Positions 13,755-25,247 of a DNA stretch of 45,208 nucleotides are shown here, in pieces. The position numbers were made by a program, and so were the translations under genes. Origin of the DNA: Octopus sinensis (taxonomy: Eukaryota); assembly GCF_006345805.1 (NCBI RefSeq), contig NW_021834798.1, positions 1 through 45,208 on the forward strand, in the 5' to 3' direction. The notes beneath the pieces are model-generated. The model was not told the origin of the DNA. It ran no database searches and saw only the letters and a program-made list of their open reading frames with translations. Position 1 is the first letter of the stretch. Each line of letters opens with the position of its first letter.

Positions 13755-14035
13755 TTATTACCTTTGTAGGTTATTTTTTCCATGCTGACCACTTGATAGA
13801 ATCGTTACTTTATTTTTAAATTAACGATCTTATCTTTATATATATATATATATAAAGTAAAATTAAGGGTGTCTGAGAGACACCACCATGCCGAAATAGC
13901 ATTCAAAACCCTGACTCTAAAAACCACGTTAAATGTTCATATCATACCATAAGACACCCTTATTTTTAGTTGTAAAAAATTATTACCTTTGTATGGTATT
14001 TTTCCCATGCTGGCCACTTGATAATATCGATATTT
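13755..14035 (+). repeat. Tandem degenerate second unit of the 13550 element family
   Basis: ttattacctttgta..ccatgctg.ccacttgata occurs at ~13756 and ~13981; 13860-13970 repeats the caccaccatgc.gaaatagc..actctaaa arm. Confidence 0.7.
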
Positions 14036-14125
14036 AAATATCGATATTATCCTTATTTATAAATTTATATATAATACATATATATGTATATATATATCTA
14101 TATATATATATATATATATATACAT

Positions 14126-14177
<52 letters not shown>

Positions 14178-14545
14178 TAATAATGTATTTATATATATCT
14201 ATATATATATATAATATATATATATATATAATATATATATAATCTATATATATAATATATATATATAAATACATACATATATCAAAAGCATAATAAACAC
14301 AAAGAAACGAAACGAAGAAAACTGAATGAAATGAATGCAAAAAGGAAGAGATCAGGAAAAAGCGGTAAAACTTGTAAAATGTTGTAAGTTGCAGAATAGA
14401 AAATTGAAGAGAAACGTTGTGTCACTGATCTTTGTAAGAACTAACTTCTTAACTGGCAAATATAAATTGTTATTAGCTAATTAGATGTTTATTTAATTAT
14501 GTGTTGTTGTTGTTTATTTATTTATTTATGATTGTTTTCTTGTAG

Positions 14546-14659
14546 ACACAACAAAGCCTTGTTATCTCTGATTTCTGTACCAGCAGATCAGAGGATCAGT
14601 CAACCAGAAACATGACAGCAAGACGTAGATTCCCTCAGGCTAACCGATAATAGTGCCTG
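14546..14659 (+). other. Candidate exon after a strong acceptor
   Basis: tttatgattgttttcttgtag acceptor at 14545 and GTATGT at 14660 in non-repetitive sequence; every frame hits a stop, so terminal or non-coding if real. Confidence 0.2.
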
Positions 14660-14904
14660 TATGTACGCGTTCATGTGTTGTCTTGTGTGTGTGTGTGTGT
14701 GTATGCGTATGTGTGTGTGCTTGTGTGTGCGTGCGTGCGTGTGTGTATGTATATTCCTGTGTGTGTCTGTATATCTGTGTGTGTATATTATACATATGCA
14801 CACATACATCCATGCAGTCTCGACGGAACTTTCTAAACACTGTCGCTCCGTATAATACACACTCGCGCACACAGACACACGTAGACATACACACACACAG
14901 CAGC

Positions 14905-14955
<51 letters not shown>

Positions 14956-15284
14956 CGGAGACGTGTCTATATATAATCTGTGGGTATATGCGTGAGTTGA
15001 AAAAGTATACTCTCTATCATTAAATAAAATGTTTAATCAAACATTCACAAAACCAGACAAATATTGAGGCATAATAAAGCCCACTCTTTCAATGGTTGCC
15101 TCTTTTACCAAGCCCAGTTAAAGAGCATTATACACAAACACATTGGGATGTGTTTGTAAGTAAGAAATTATTTCACTTAGTTATTGGTTATATCTAATCT
15201 TTATTTACTGAGGTAAAGATACAGGGTTTGACATTATTTGGTAAATATTACCTACGTACCTATATATACATATACATATAATGT

Positions 15285-15492
15285 GACCTCGTGTGTACCG
15301 TTGGCGCTTTTTTTTTCCTCTATCTTCCCTTCTCTGGATCTTTCCTTCTCCTATGTTTCCGACGAAGAGCTCCGCTCGAAACGTTAAACCCTCCTTCTTT
15401 CCTTCTTTCCTGAGCGTCCAATAATACTATATTTGTTCCACGTCCTCGCGTTGTTGTGTTTTTTTTTGTGCTTTCTTGTTTGGATTAACTAT
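15285..15492 (+). mobile_element. Penelope-like terminal-repeat fragment (family P1)
   Basis: Carries a hammerhead motif, is pyrimidine-rich, ends in (TA)n and has a partial inverted copy at 15933-16039. Confidence 0.6.
15355..15389 (+). ncRNA. Minimal type-I hammerhead ribozyme motif (U4C variant)
   Basis: GTTT-CCGACGA-A-GAGC(tcc)GCTC-GAAA-CG-T-T-AAAC: helix I GTTT/AAAC, helix II GAGC/GCTC, palindromic helix III ACGT. Confidence 0.7.
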
Positions 15493-15932
15493 ATAGTGCA
15501 TATAAGTAGTCTCTATCATTATATATAATTTAAACTTTAATTTCCTTTATATTTAACATTCACTATTAATATCCCTACTCTTTCTGTTAGCTACTTATGA
15601 CGTTATATCATATAACGTTTTTTTAAACAATATTAATAGCGTTCTGTCTATCGTTATACAAATCCATCATTTTTTGCTAAATGTCTTATTGACGAGTTTC
15701 GCTTTTTCACTTTCTGAGGAGAAGATTGCATTGTTTATACCATTTATTCTTTTGAATAGTATCAGTGGAATTTTCGAAACATGTGTCGAAAGTAAAAATA
15801 TTTGTTTACACCTGCGTTAACTCCATTTTTTATTCATACATATATATATATATACATAGAGAGAGACAAATATATTCACCCACCAGCACATATATATATA
15901 TATATATATATATAAACAATATATATATATAT

Positions 15933-16039
15933 ATAGTTAATCCAAACAAGAAAGCACAAAAAAACACAATAACGCGAGGACGTGGAACAAATATAGTATT
16001 ATTGGATGCTCAGGAAAGAAGGAAAGAAGGAGGGTTTAA
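15933..16039 (-). mobile_element. Inverted partial copy of P1 starting at the predicted hammerhead cleavage site
   Basis: Reverse complement of ~15384-15492; identity stops at TTAAACCCTCC. Confidence 0.85.
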
Positions 16040-16254
16040 ATATATATATTTACCGAAAGAATAAAGTCTTGTACTGATTATACCTGTATTTTAATTAATC
16101 AAATTAATGTAACTTATCTTGGAAAATGCCAAAATTTCTGTCAGTTGCCATCTGGGATAATTTAATCACAGATCAAACAGGTAAGAGGCACTAAGAATTT
16201 CAATTTTAGTGCTTATCTATAATGTTATTGCTTTTACCTGCTCTGAAGCCTATG

Positions 16255-16800
16255 CAAAGTTTTCAAAAAGCTTTCATCCTTCTCGATACAATCAAGGAGA
16301 TCTTGTGCAACTGAAGCCCGAGTGCTTTTTGGTCACCTCAGAGCAGATTTAGCGCAAACTTGGCAGGCTCGCGTCTCATACCCAAATCTTCAGTGATAAT
16401 GGACTGAACTGAACCATAACTAATCTGCACATCCTCTGATAACTCAAGAATTGTGATTCGACGGTTTTCTCGTCACAGCGGCATCCACATCTGTGATGTT
16501 TTTCTCTGTTCTGCTGGTTGCGAGTCTCCCACAATGGCATATCGATATTTTTTCGGCCATCTTTAAAACGTCTGAACCACTCGTACGCTAGTGTGCGGCT
16601 CATATACTCCTCTCCATACATTTACTGCAACTGTGCGTAGGCCTTTGAGCAGGTATCGCCATAGCAAATATTCAATGTTGTGGTCAATGCGACGATCACA
16701 CGCTACACACCTTCCTTCCAAGCAGCGCTGTAAACAGCATAAGTAAGCTAAAACGTTAAAACTTATTGCGCATGTACAGCAGAGTTCAAGGTCAATCTTG
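16255..16800 (-). mobile_element. Decayed mariner transposase N-terminal half
   Basis: MYGEEYMSRTLAYEWFRRFKDGRKNID..RPATSRTEKNI..VRENRRITILELSEDVQISYGSVQSIITEDLGMR..AQDLLDCIEKDESFLKTL across frames; stops before the catalytic DD34D region. Confidence 0.85.
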
Positions 16801-17227
16801 TACTCAGGACTAAATGTAAGTTAGTGTTTTCTTCTTCCATGGGTATAAGTAAGTATTTAATTTATTTCTTACAGTATTTATCGCTGGCGAGGAGAATATT
16901 CTTATGAATTAACTCTGAAATCGGGGTCGATACGATAATAACGGAATTTTTTAGAAATTTCTGTCGGCTTACTTCGAGACGTGTGCTTATAGTGATGACT
17001 TATATGGTTATTGATGATTTAAGTCTATTTTCGGCATATTTGGTGTTAGAATATTTTTCTTTTTCCCTTGTTAATAAATAGTATATATATATATATATAT
17101 ACACACACATTTAAGTATTTTTGTATGTAATTATGTATTTGATTATCTCAAGTGATTGAAAAATCGTTCTTAGAAGTTGCCCGAAACTATGGATAGAAAG
17201 TGAAGATGGTTTTAATAGTATCATACT

Positions 17228-17446
17228 GGAAGGCGGCAAGCTGGTAGAATCTTTAGCACGCCGGACAAAATGCTTAGTGACAATTTATCCGTCATTACTT
17301 TCTGAATTTATATTTCGTCGCGGTCGACTTTTCATTTCATCCTTCTTTGGACGATAAAATAAGTACCAGTTGAACACTGGGACCAAAGTTATCGAATTAC
17401 CCCTACACTAAAATTGCTGGCATTGTGCCAAAATTTGCAACCAATA
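17228..17446 (+). mobile_element. SINE family B (B1 tail), degenerate full length
   Basis: aggcggcaagctggtagaatc head, family B core and aaaattgctggcattgtgccaaaatttg tail. Confidence 0.8.
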
Positions 17447-17619
17447 TTCTCATACTGGAGGCCTGGTCAAAATGCTTGCAACAAAGTGTACTCAGTTAAA
17501 GAGCTTCACTGTTCCTTGGTAATGGACAACAAAGTGATAGTTTCAATCTGCCACACAATGACTGCCACACAAAACTCATCAAACGCGCTTCAGCACAGTT
17601 TTTGTCTACATAATCTTTT

Positions 17620-17768
17620 CACGTTCTGTGTCCAAATTCCGCCGAGGTTGACTTTGCCTTTCATCCTTTCGAGATCGATAAAATAAGTACCAGTTTAACA
17701 CTTGGGTCGATGTAATCGTCTACCCAATCCCTCGAAATTAATGGCCTTGTGCCGAAATCTGAAACCAT
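17620..17768 (+). mobile_element. SINE family B (B1 tail), 5'-truncated, followed by (ATC/ATT)n
   Basis: caaattccgccgaggttgactttgcctttcatcctttcgagatcgataaaataagtacc..ggccttgtgccgaaatctgaaacc. Confidence 0.85.
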
Positions 17769-17871
17769 TATCATCATCATCATCATCATCATCATTATTA
17801 TTATTATTACTATTATTATTATTATTATTATTATAATTATTATTATAATTATAATTATTATTATTATTATA

Positions 17872-17966
<95 letters not shown>

Positions 17967-17990
17967 TATTAGTATTATCATTATTATTAT
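17769..17990. repeat. (ATC)n/(ATT)n microsatellite
   Basis: Direct repeats. Confidence 0.95.
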
Positions 17991-18502
17991 TCCATATACT
18001 GACGAAGGTTTACTAAATGCAGACATAGGGTTTATTTAGTAATCAAAATATCTCACACGTGACTATTGTCATCGATACAACAACAATATAACGGATATGT
18101 TGACTACTCTACTAAGTACTAAATAACCAAAGTGATTAACGAATTTATTTTATTATATTATTTTATGTATTTCTTTGTTTTGTTTTTTTCTGTCTATTTC
18201 TTCGGGTCACAATACTTTGTTTCGTCTCTACTACCGCTTTCTCTGTGTGTGTCTGTGTGTCTGTGTGTAGGTGTGTATGCGTGTGTGTGTGTGAAGTCGT
18301 TATGTCGTTATATCAGTTGACCAAATATATATGTTCCTCCTGCGGTCTCTCCTTTTCCCTTCCCAAAACCAATATCGCGTTCCATTCATCTCATTATTCT
18401 TTACACTTTCTTTAGCAAGGCATTAGAAATTCTTGCTTTTGTATCCATCCATTTCACTGACTTCGAGTTTTGCTGTTGTTAGTTGTCTTTGTTTCCCCTT
18501 TA

Positions 18503-18548
<46 letters not shown>

Positions 18549-18601
18549 CATCATCATCATGCTCATCATCATTGTTATTATTATTATTATTATTACTATT
18601 A

Positions 18602-18644
<43 letters not shown>

Positions 18645-18740
18645 TATTATATTATTATCATCATCATATTCATCATCATCATCATCCTCATCATCATTGT
18701 TGTTGTTATTATTATCATTATTATTATTATTTTCATTATC
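18503..18740. repeat. (ATT)n/(ATC)n microsatellite
   Basis: Direct repeats. Confidence 0.95.
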
Positions 18741-19838
18741 ATTTACTTTTAATACATTTAATATTATATATGTGTGTTTTTTGTGTATTTTTATCTTTCT
18801 TCTTGCTTTTTCCTTTGCACACAACTCCAACAAGGACACAGTAGATGTGGTTAACTTGAAATAATGGTAAAAAAAAAAATACAATATAATCCAGAAATAC
18901 GTATAAGCAAAAGGATGAAAATATATATAAATATAATACAAAAAGATAAAAAAGAAATTTAAAAAATGTGAAGAGTGAGGGAGGGGAGGAGGCGGAGGAA
19001 GCAGAAAGAGAGAGAGAGGGAGAGAAACAACAAAGAAAATGGAGACGAATATGGATATGAACTTTCGCATGTCGTATACGAACCTTTGTCGTAGCTGGAA
19101 GGGCATTGCAATGCGCTGCGCTATAAAGACGACAGTGCGATTTTAATATTCTGAGCCATCCTGGTTGCATAGATCTGGGCAGTGATCCCATATCTGGCGG
19201 CACTCTTGGCTCCCCAGTACAAAAGATTCGGATTAGTGAGAGCCAGCACCCCGCTACGCTGCTTTCCTCACCTAGTTCGGCCAACGGGACACAGTTAGGC
19301 GCCGAGTATGTTAGCAGAGGGCGGAAGACCACCCGTTGACGAAACTCTGGCATGCACGTAAACAAGAGTCAATTTGTTCAGCTTTTCTTTAACGTCTCAA
19401 TCTGCATTTTTATCCACCATTTTGTTTTGTTTTAGATTTGCTTTTATTTATTTATTTTTTATTTCCTTCTTATTTCTAGTTATATTTCTTTTCTTTCGCT
19501 GTTGTTGTTGTTGCTGTTGTGTCTGTCTTTTCTTCCATTTTCGTCTCCATCTTACATTATTTCCATATCTTCAATTTATGTCTCTCGACTAATTTCATCT
19601 TTATCTCTCTTTCTCTCTCCCTCTCTATCTATCTATCTCCATGACTGTCTTACGTATAGATTGGACATACACCCACACACCCACACACCCACACGCACAC
19701 ATACACACACATATACTTATATATATTTCACACACATACACTCACACATATACATACATATATATGTGTGAGTGTTTGTATATACAAATGTATGTATATG
19801 TATGAATGTAGTATATGTAAGCATTCCCATGTGTGCGC

Positions 19839-19873
<35 letters not shown>

Positions 19874-20187
19874 CATACAGACACACGCACATATATATAC
19901 ATGTGTGTATATATACATACATATATATATATACATATATATATATATAGGAGGGAATATGTGTGTGTGTGTGTGTATGAACGTATTTATGTATCTGAAA
20001 GGCTAAAAGGCTAGTTAGGAGATAGAAAACACTCTCAATTAAGGGACGCAAGATGATGTTAGCCGTCAATAATACACGTAAGAGAAGTATTAAAATAAAT
20101 GTGATTCATTACAGATGGCCATATGTTTCGCTCTCTACGAAATTTTCAAACGTATAGATAGTGAAAAATATATTTCTGTCTACGATA

Positions 20188-20232
<45 letters not shown>

Positions 20233-20591
20233 TACATACACACACACACAATCAAACGAACACTCGCACACACTCAATCACAGGCAGATACAAGAACATA
20301 GAAAATCGTAGATTTTCAGTCCCTCTCTTTAGGTGATGCTTTCTCTCTCTCTCTCTCTCTCTCTCCTTTCTTTCACATCGAAGACCCTGTATGCGCGCTC
20401 GCACACGTACATGCGTATAAATACATATATATATACGTATATAAATGTGATATTCGTACATACATATATACATACACCTGTACATGTGTGTATGCGTCTG
20501 CTTATGCATATATATATATATATATATATGGGAGTATAGGTGTGTGTGTGCATGCGTGCGCATATGCATGTTTATGTACGTATGTATGTAC

Positions 20592-20851
20592 ATAAATAAA
20601 TTAATAATAAATGCGCCCTTTTTAAAGCGTAGCCAGGCTCATGGACCCGGTTTCCCGGTTTCAATGGCGTATGTGTTCCCCAGCTGGACGGGACGCCAGT
20701 CCATTGCAGCGTTACTCATTTTTGCCAGCTGAGTGGACTGGAGCAACGTGAATTGAAGTGCTTTACTCAACGCGTCGCCCGATCCAGGAATCGAAACCAC
20801 AATCTTGCGATCATGATGCTGACACCCTAACCACTAAGCCACGCGCCTCCA
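20592..20851 (-). mobile_element. tRNA-derived SINE family C
   Basis: Minus strand TGGAGGCGCGTGGCTTAGTGGTTAGG (A-box), GGTTTCGATTCC (B-box), TTGCTCCAGTCCACTCAGCTG and CTGCAATGGACTGGCGTCCCGTCCAG, then an AT-rich tail. Confidence 0.85.
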
Positions 20852-20880
20852 TTGTATGTATATTTTTATATATATTTATT

Positions 20881-20966
<86 letters not shown>

Positions 20967-21162
20967 CACGCAATCACAGTCAGCTTTCTAAATGTATCCT
21001 ATATATATATATATATTATATATCTCACACTTCATCCATTCATAGTGTTCCTGAAGTTCCTATATCGTATCTCTCCATGTGCACAAACATGCATGAATGC
21101 AAATATAGCTCAGACCGAAAACTACATACTCAAATATACATATATAAATTCACTTAATGACA

Positions 21163-21252
21163 CATATGTACATACATACATACACACATACATATATACA
21201 TACATACATACATGCATGCATGCATACATACATACATACATACATACATACA

Positions 21253-21286
<34 letters not shown>

Positions 21287-21460
21287 CATACATACATGCA
21301 TACATGCATGCATGCATGCATGCATGCATACATACATACATACATACATACATACATGCATGCATGCATACATACATATATACATACATGCATGCATGCA
21401 TACATACATATATACATACATACATACATACATACACGCATACATACATACACATACACA
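21163..21460. repeat. (CATA)n/(CATG)n microsatellite
   Basis: Direct repeats. Confidence 0.95.
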
Positions 21461-21989
21461 CGCAGATGCACGCAATTAAATGCATGTGTGTGTGTGTGTA
21501 ATTTTGCTGTGAATGTGTGTGAATACAGTTATTGTTTGTATGCTGATGCATCGTACTGTGTGTGCGACGCACCAGCATATACGGCATACCGTTCATCGTA
21601 TGCGAGTCTATATATTTCTATATACACTTTTGTCTGATATCATCTATTTATCCGTATATACAATTTTGTACATAATTGCACAACACTGCGTGTTGCTTCC
21701 GTATCCAGTGTGTGTTTATATGTATGCATGTATATGTGTATCGTGTGATTCAGAACCTTGTATGTAGATGTGTACAGTGTAAATGTATATATATATATAT
21801 GAAAGTGTGTGTGTGTACGCAAGTGAGTGCGTATAGTATAACTTATGTGTGTGTATGCATGTATTCATGTTTGTATGTATGTATCTGTGTACGAATACAC
21901 GCCTGTTTACGAACGTATGTTTATAAATATATCCCTGCTTGTAGACGTGTATATAAGTGTGTATGAATTTCTGCTTAATGCTCGCGTGT

Positions 21990-22017
21990 ATATACATACT
22001 ATATATATACATGCATG

Positions 22018-22051
<34 letters not shown>

Positions 22052-22099
22052 TATATTTATATATATATATGTATATATGTATATATGTATATATATGTA

Positions 22100-22137
<38 letters not shown>

Positions 22138-22143
22138 TATATA

Positions 22144-22181
<38 letters not shown>

Positions 22182-22327
22182 CATACATACATGTATAAAT
22201 ATATACATACATGCATATACATATGTATGATACATATATGTGTGTGTGTTTATGTGTATGTATATGGATATGCTCTTATGCATGTATGTGTATGTGCAAT
22301 ATAAGCTTGTGTGTGTGTGCATAATCG

Positions 22328-22362
<35 letters not shown>
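21990..22362. repeat. (TA)n/(TATG)n/(TG)n compound microsatellite
   Basis: Direct repeats. Confidence 0.9.
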
Positions 22363-22364
<2 letters not shown>

Positions 22365-22741
22365 GTTTTGCTTAGTGTTGGATGGGATTCGTTAACAATG
22401 GCGGAGATATGTGAATACCGTGTTACTACACCCCACTGCGTGTCTTAACCTCTCTCGTTTCACCCACTTCAATTTACTGTCTCCTCCCCCTCCACCTCCT
22501 GGCTATATAACCTTCATTTTTATACGGAGATTCAATCAGCTCTGCTTACGTGGGTGGATGGGTGGGTGGGTAGGTGGGGGGAAGGCATCGAGCACGAAAA
22601 GAAACGGATTGACGAGAAAAACGAGCGGGATTCGAACCCAGATATCATATTAAACACTGAGAACGATAGGGTTATAATAAAGTATAAATTTTGAATATAC
22701 ATAAGCATTTAGCCAATTATCTCTCTCTCTCCTCTCTCTCT

Positions 22742-22830
<89 letters not shown>

Positions 22831-22909
22831 TATATAATATATATATAATATAATATGTTATATTATATTATACAGATATATATATATATATATATGCATG
22901 TATGTATGT

Positions 22910-22944
<35 letters not shown>

Positions 22945-22977
22945 TAGATATATAAAAAATGGGGAGTGATGGCTTTG

Positions 22978-23001
22978 AGGGTTAGGGTTAGGGTTAGGGT
23001 T
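22978..23001 (+). repeat. Interstitial telomere-type repeat AGGG(TTAGGG)3
   Basis: Exact AGGGTTAGGGTTAGGGTTAGGG at 22978-22999. Confidence 0.9.
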
Positions 23002-23225
23002 TGAAGCTTGAAACTCGTAACACTGTAAACATTATTATCAAAATACATATTATAACCCACCCCCACAAAGCCATCTCTACTCACTTTTTCAAATATATAA
23101 TATTGTACCGTTGACGCCTGGTTGCCGTAAGTGGTGAACATTCTCTGCAGGCACACTACTAGAAATACCCAAAATAAGGTTTAGCTTGTACAAATTAGAG
23201 TCTCTCAACTAAACTTTAATTTTAA

Positions 23226-23290
<65 letters not shown>

Positions 23291-23424
23291 CAACTAGCTG
23301 CATAGCTTCCACCCGAGAGGGATCGATGGAGGATGTGAGGCGACGATCGTTCTGAGTAACAAAGTTTCCCCTGTATTCCATTTACCGTCTCTATAATTTG
23401 TTTGATATATATATATATATACAC

Positions 23425-23636
23425 TTTTACTTGTTTCAGTCAGCTGACTGCGGCCATGCTGGAGCACCGCCTTTAGTCGAGCAACTCGACCCCGGGACTT
23501 ATTCTATGCAAGCCCAGTACTTATTCTATCGGTCGCTTTTGCCGAACCGTTAAGTGACGGGGACATAAACACACCAGCATCGGTTGTCAAGCAATGCTAG
23601 GGGGACAAACACAGACGCACAAACATACACGCAACA

Positions 23637-23678
<42 letters not shown>

Positions 23679-23864
23679 ATATATATATAATATACATATA
23701 TACGACGGGCTTCTTTCAGTTTCCGTCTACCAAATCCCACTCAAAATTGGTCGGCTCGGGGCTATAGCAGAAGACACTTGCCCAAGATGCCACGCAGTGG
23801 GACTGAACCCGGACACCATGTGGTTCGTAAGCAAGCTACTTACCACACAGCCACTCCTGCGCCT
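23425..23864 (-). mobile_element. SINE family A, full length
   Basis: Colinear with 2269-2665; internal (TA)n ~95 bp. Confidence 0.9.
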
Positions 23865-23884
23865 ATATATATATATATTTAAAA

Positions 23885-24330
23885 TAATATGGGTAAAAAA
23901 TTGAATATTAATTTGATTAATATCAATTTAAAACCAGTGGTTTAGCATATAGAAAAATCTGAAGATTCAGAAAGATTATATGACATACATATAAGAAGGA
24001 TGACCACTAAGTGGATATCCATTATGATAGAAGTCGACCCCCTAGGGTCTTACCACGAAGAAAGGAATGTTCTCGAGAAAATTTAGCAAACACCAGAACG
24101 TAAGCGAGCAAGACAAATGAAAAGATACAAAATATACAGATTAATTACAACCAATTTCATTGTTACCACTTACGTAATCACTTACGTAGATGTCCGCAAC
24201 TCGTCAGTGTGATAATCATAATGACGTAAGCTTGAAATGTTAAAGAGTTATCTATTTTTCTCTTGCTTGTTGTCCCTACACCTGCTTCTGTCTTTTGTTT
24301 TCTGTAGATTGAAACTATATATTTATATAC
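23885..24330. mobile_element. Dispersed repeat related to 40715-40875, ending in a decayed P2-type Penelope-like tail
   Basis: aaaaattgaatattaatt..tcaatttaa.acca.gtgg.ttagca is shared with 40745-40800; gcttgaaatgttaaaga..ctacacctgcttctgtcttttgttt resembles 40595-40690. Confidence 0.55.
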
Positions 24331-24343
24331 ATACATACATGCA

Positions 24344-24377
<34 letters not shown>

Positions 24378-24407
24378 CATACATATATATATGTATATAT
24401 ATATGAA

Positions 24408-24592
24408 TGACAATTATTCGGTAGCCATGATAAAACTCCGAGTTTTGGATGCCGAGGTGAAAATCCACGCCGCCATCTCTTCAGTTATCCGGCCATTTTT
24501 CCGATGGCTGGATAACTGAAGAGATAGCGGCGTAGATTTCCTCCTCGGCATCCGAAACTCGGAGTTTTATCATGGCTACCGAATAATTGTCA
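24408..24592. mobile_element. 185-bp palindrome (89-bp arms, 7-nt loop, 6 mismatches) of two back-to-back hammerhead-bearing units
   Basis: 24408-24496 is the reverse complement of 24504-24592. Confidence 0.92.
24511..24571 (+). ncRNA. Type-I hammerhead ribozyme motif in the right arm of the palindrome
   Basis: GATAA-CTGAAGA-GAT..ATC-C-GAAA-CTCGGAG-T-T-TTATC: helix I GATAA/TTATC, helix III ACT(CGG)AGT; extra C before GAAA. The mirror copy at 24429-24489 on the minus strand has GAAA>AAAA. Confidence 0.6.
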
Positions 24593-24685
24593 CATATTAC
24601 ATTTACAGATAAATTCCTCTATTTACATAATATGGAGGTCTCTTTCTTTCTTTTGTTGTCTTCCCATTTCTATCAATATATATAT

Positions 24686-24718
<33 letters not shown>

Positions 24719-24748
24719 TTGTGTGTGTGTGTGTGTATATATGTGTGT

Positions 24749-24806
<58 letters not shown>

Positions 24807-25007
24807 GTACTATACGATGTAGATTCAGGAAATCGTGCAGCTATCACAAAAAGCACTCTTTACGGACTCGGCAATTAGTAATCAAATATTAAAATTGAAA
24901 CTGCCTGAAGAAGGTTGGGAAACGGTCGTAACCTTATGGACGTTACGTGGTTAAATAAGTATATATTCACCTCCCATATCATTCTATACAATATCTGTAG
25001 AGGTTAG

Positions 25008-25059
25008 ATGGGTGCTGATGAAGGAGTAAAAACTCCCGAAATGCATCATATATGCCCAT
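25008..25059 (+). ncRNA. Minimal type-I hammerhead motif with disrupted helix I
   Basis: ATGGGTG-CTGATGA-A-GGAG(taaaaa)CTCC-C-GAAA-TGCAT-C-atatat-GCCCAT; palindromic helix III ATGCAT. Confidence 0.55.
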
Positions 25060-25247
25060 TGCCCCTTTTCCATTTCTGATCTCATTCTTTCTTTACATCT
25101 GATGTCTCATATACAAAACGCCGTAACAAAAATCCATGTTGGATACGATTTTTATAGAATATCTGTAGAGTTAACCTTAACACACGCACTGGTAATACAG
25201 TAGATCACGGTATTGAATTATAAAAACGTTTAATATACTTTATAGTA

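Noticed and set aside
18739-19365. 208-aa minus-strand ORF as a gene
   Set aside because: The C-terminal half is low-complexity sequence and no domain is recognised; only the unique island is kept as a low-interest finding
22600-22650. tRNA gene from the B-box GGTTCGAATCCC (minus strand)
   Set aside because: Isolated T-arm only, with no A-box or cloverleaf
22978-23001. Chromosome end or telomere
   Set aside because: Only ~4 units, with ordinary sequence on both sides
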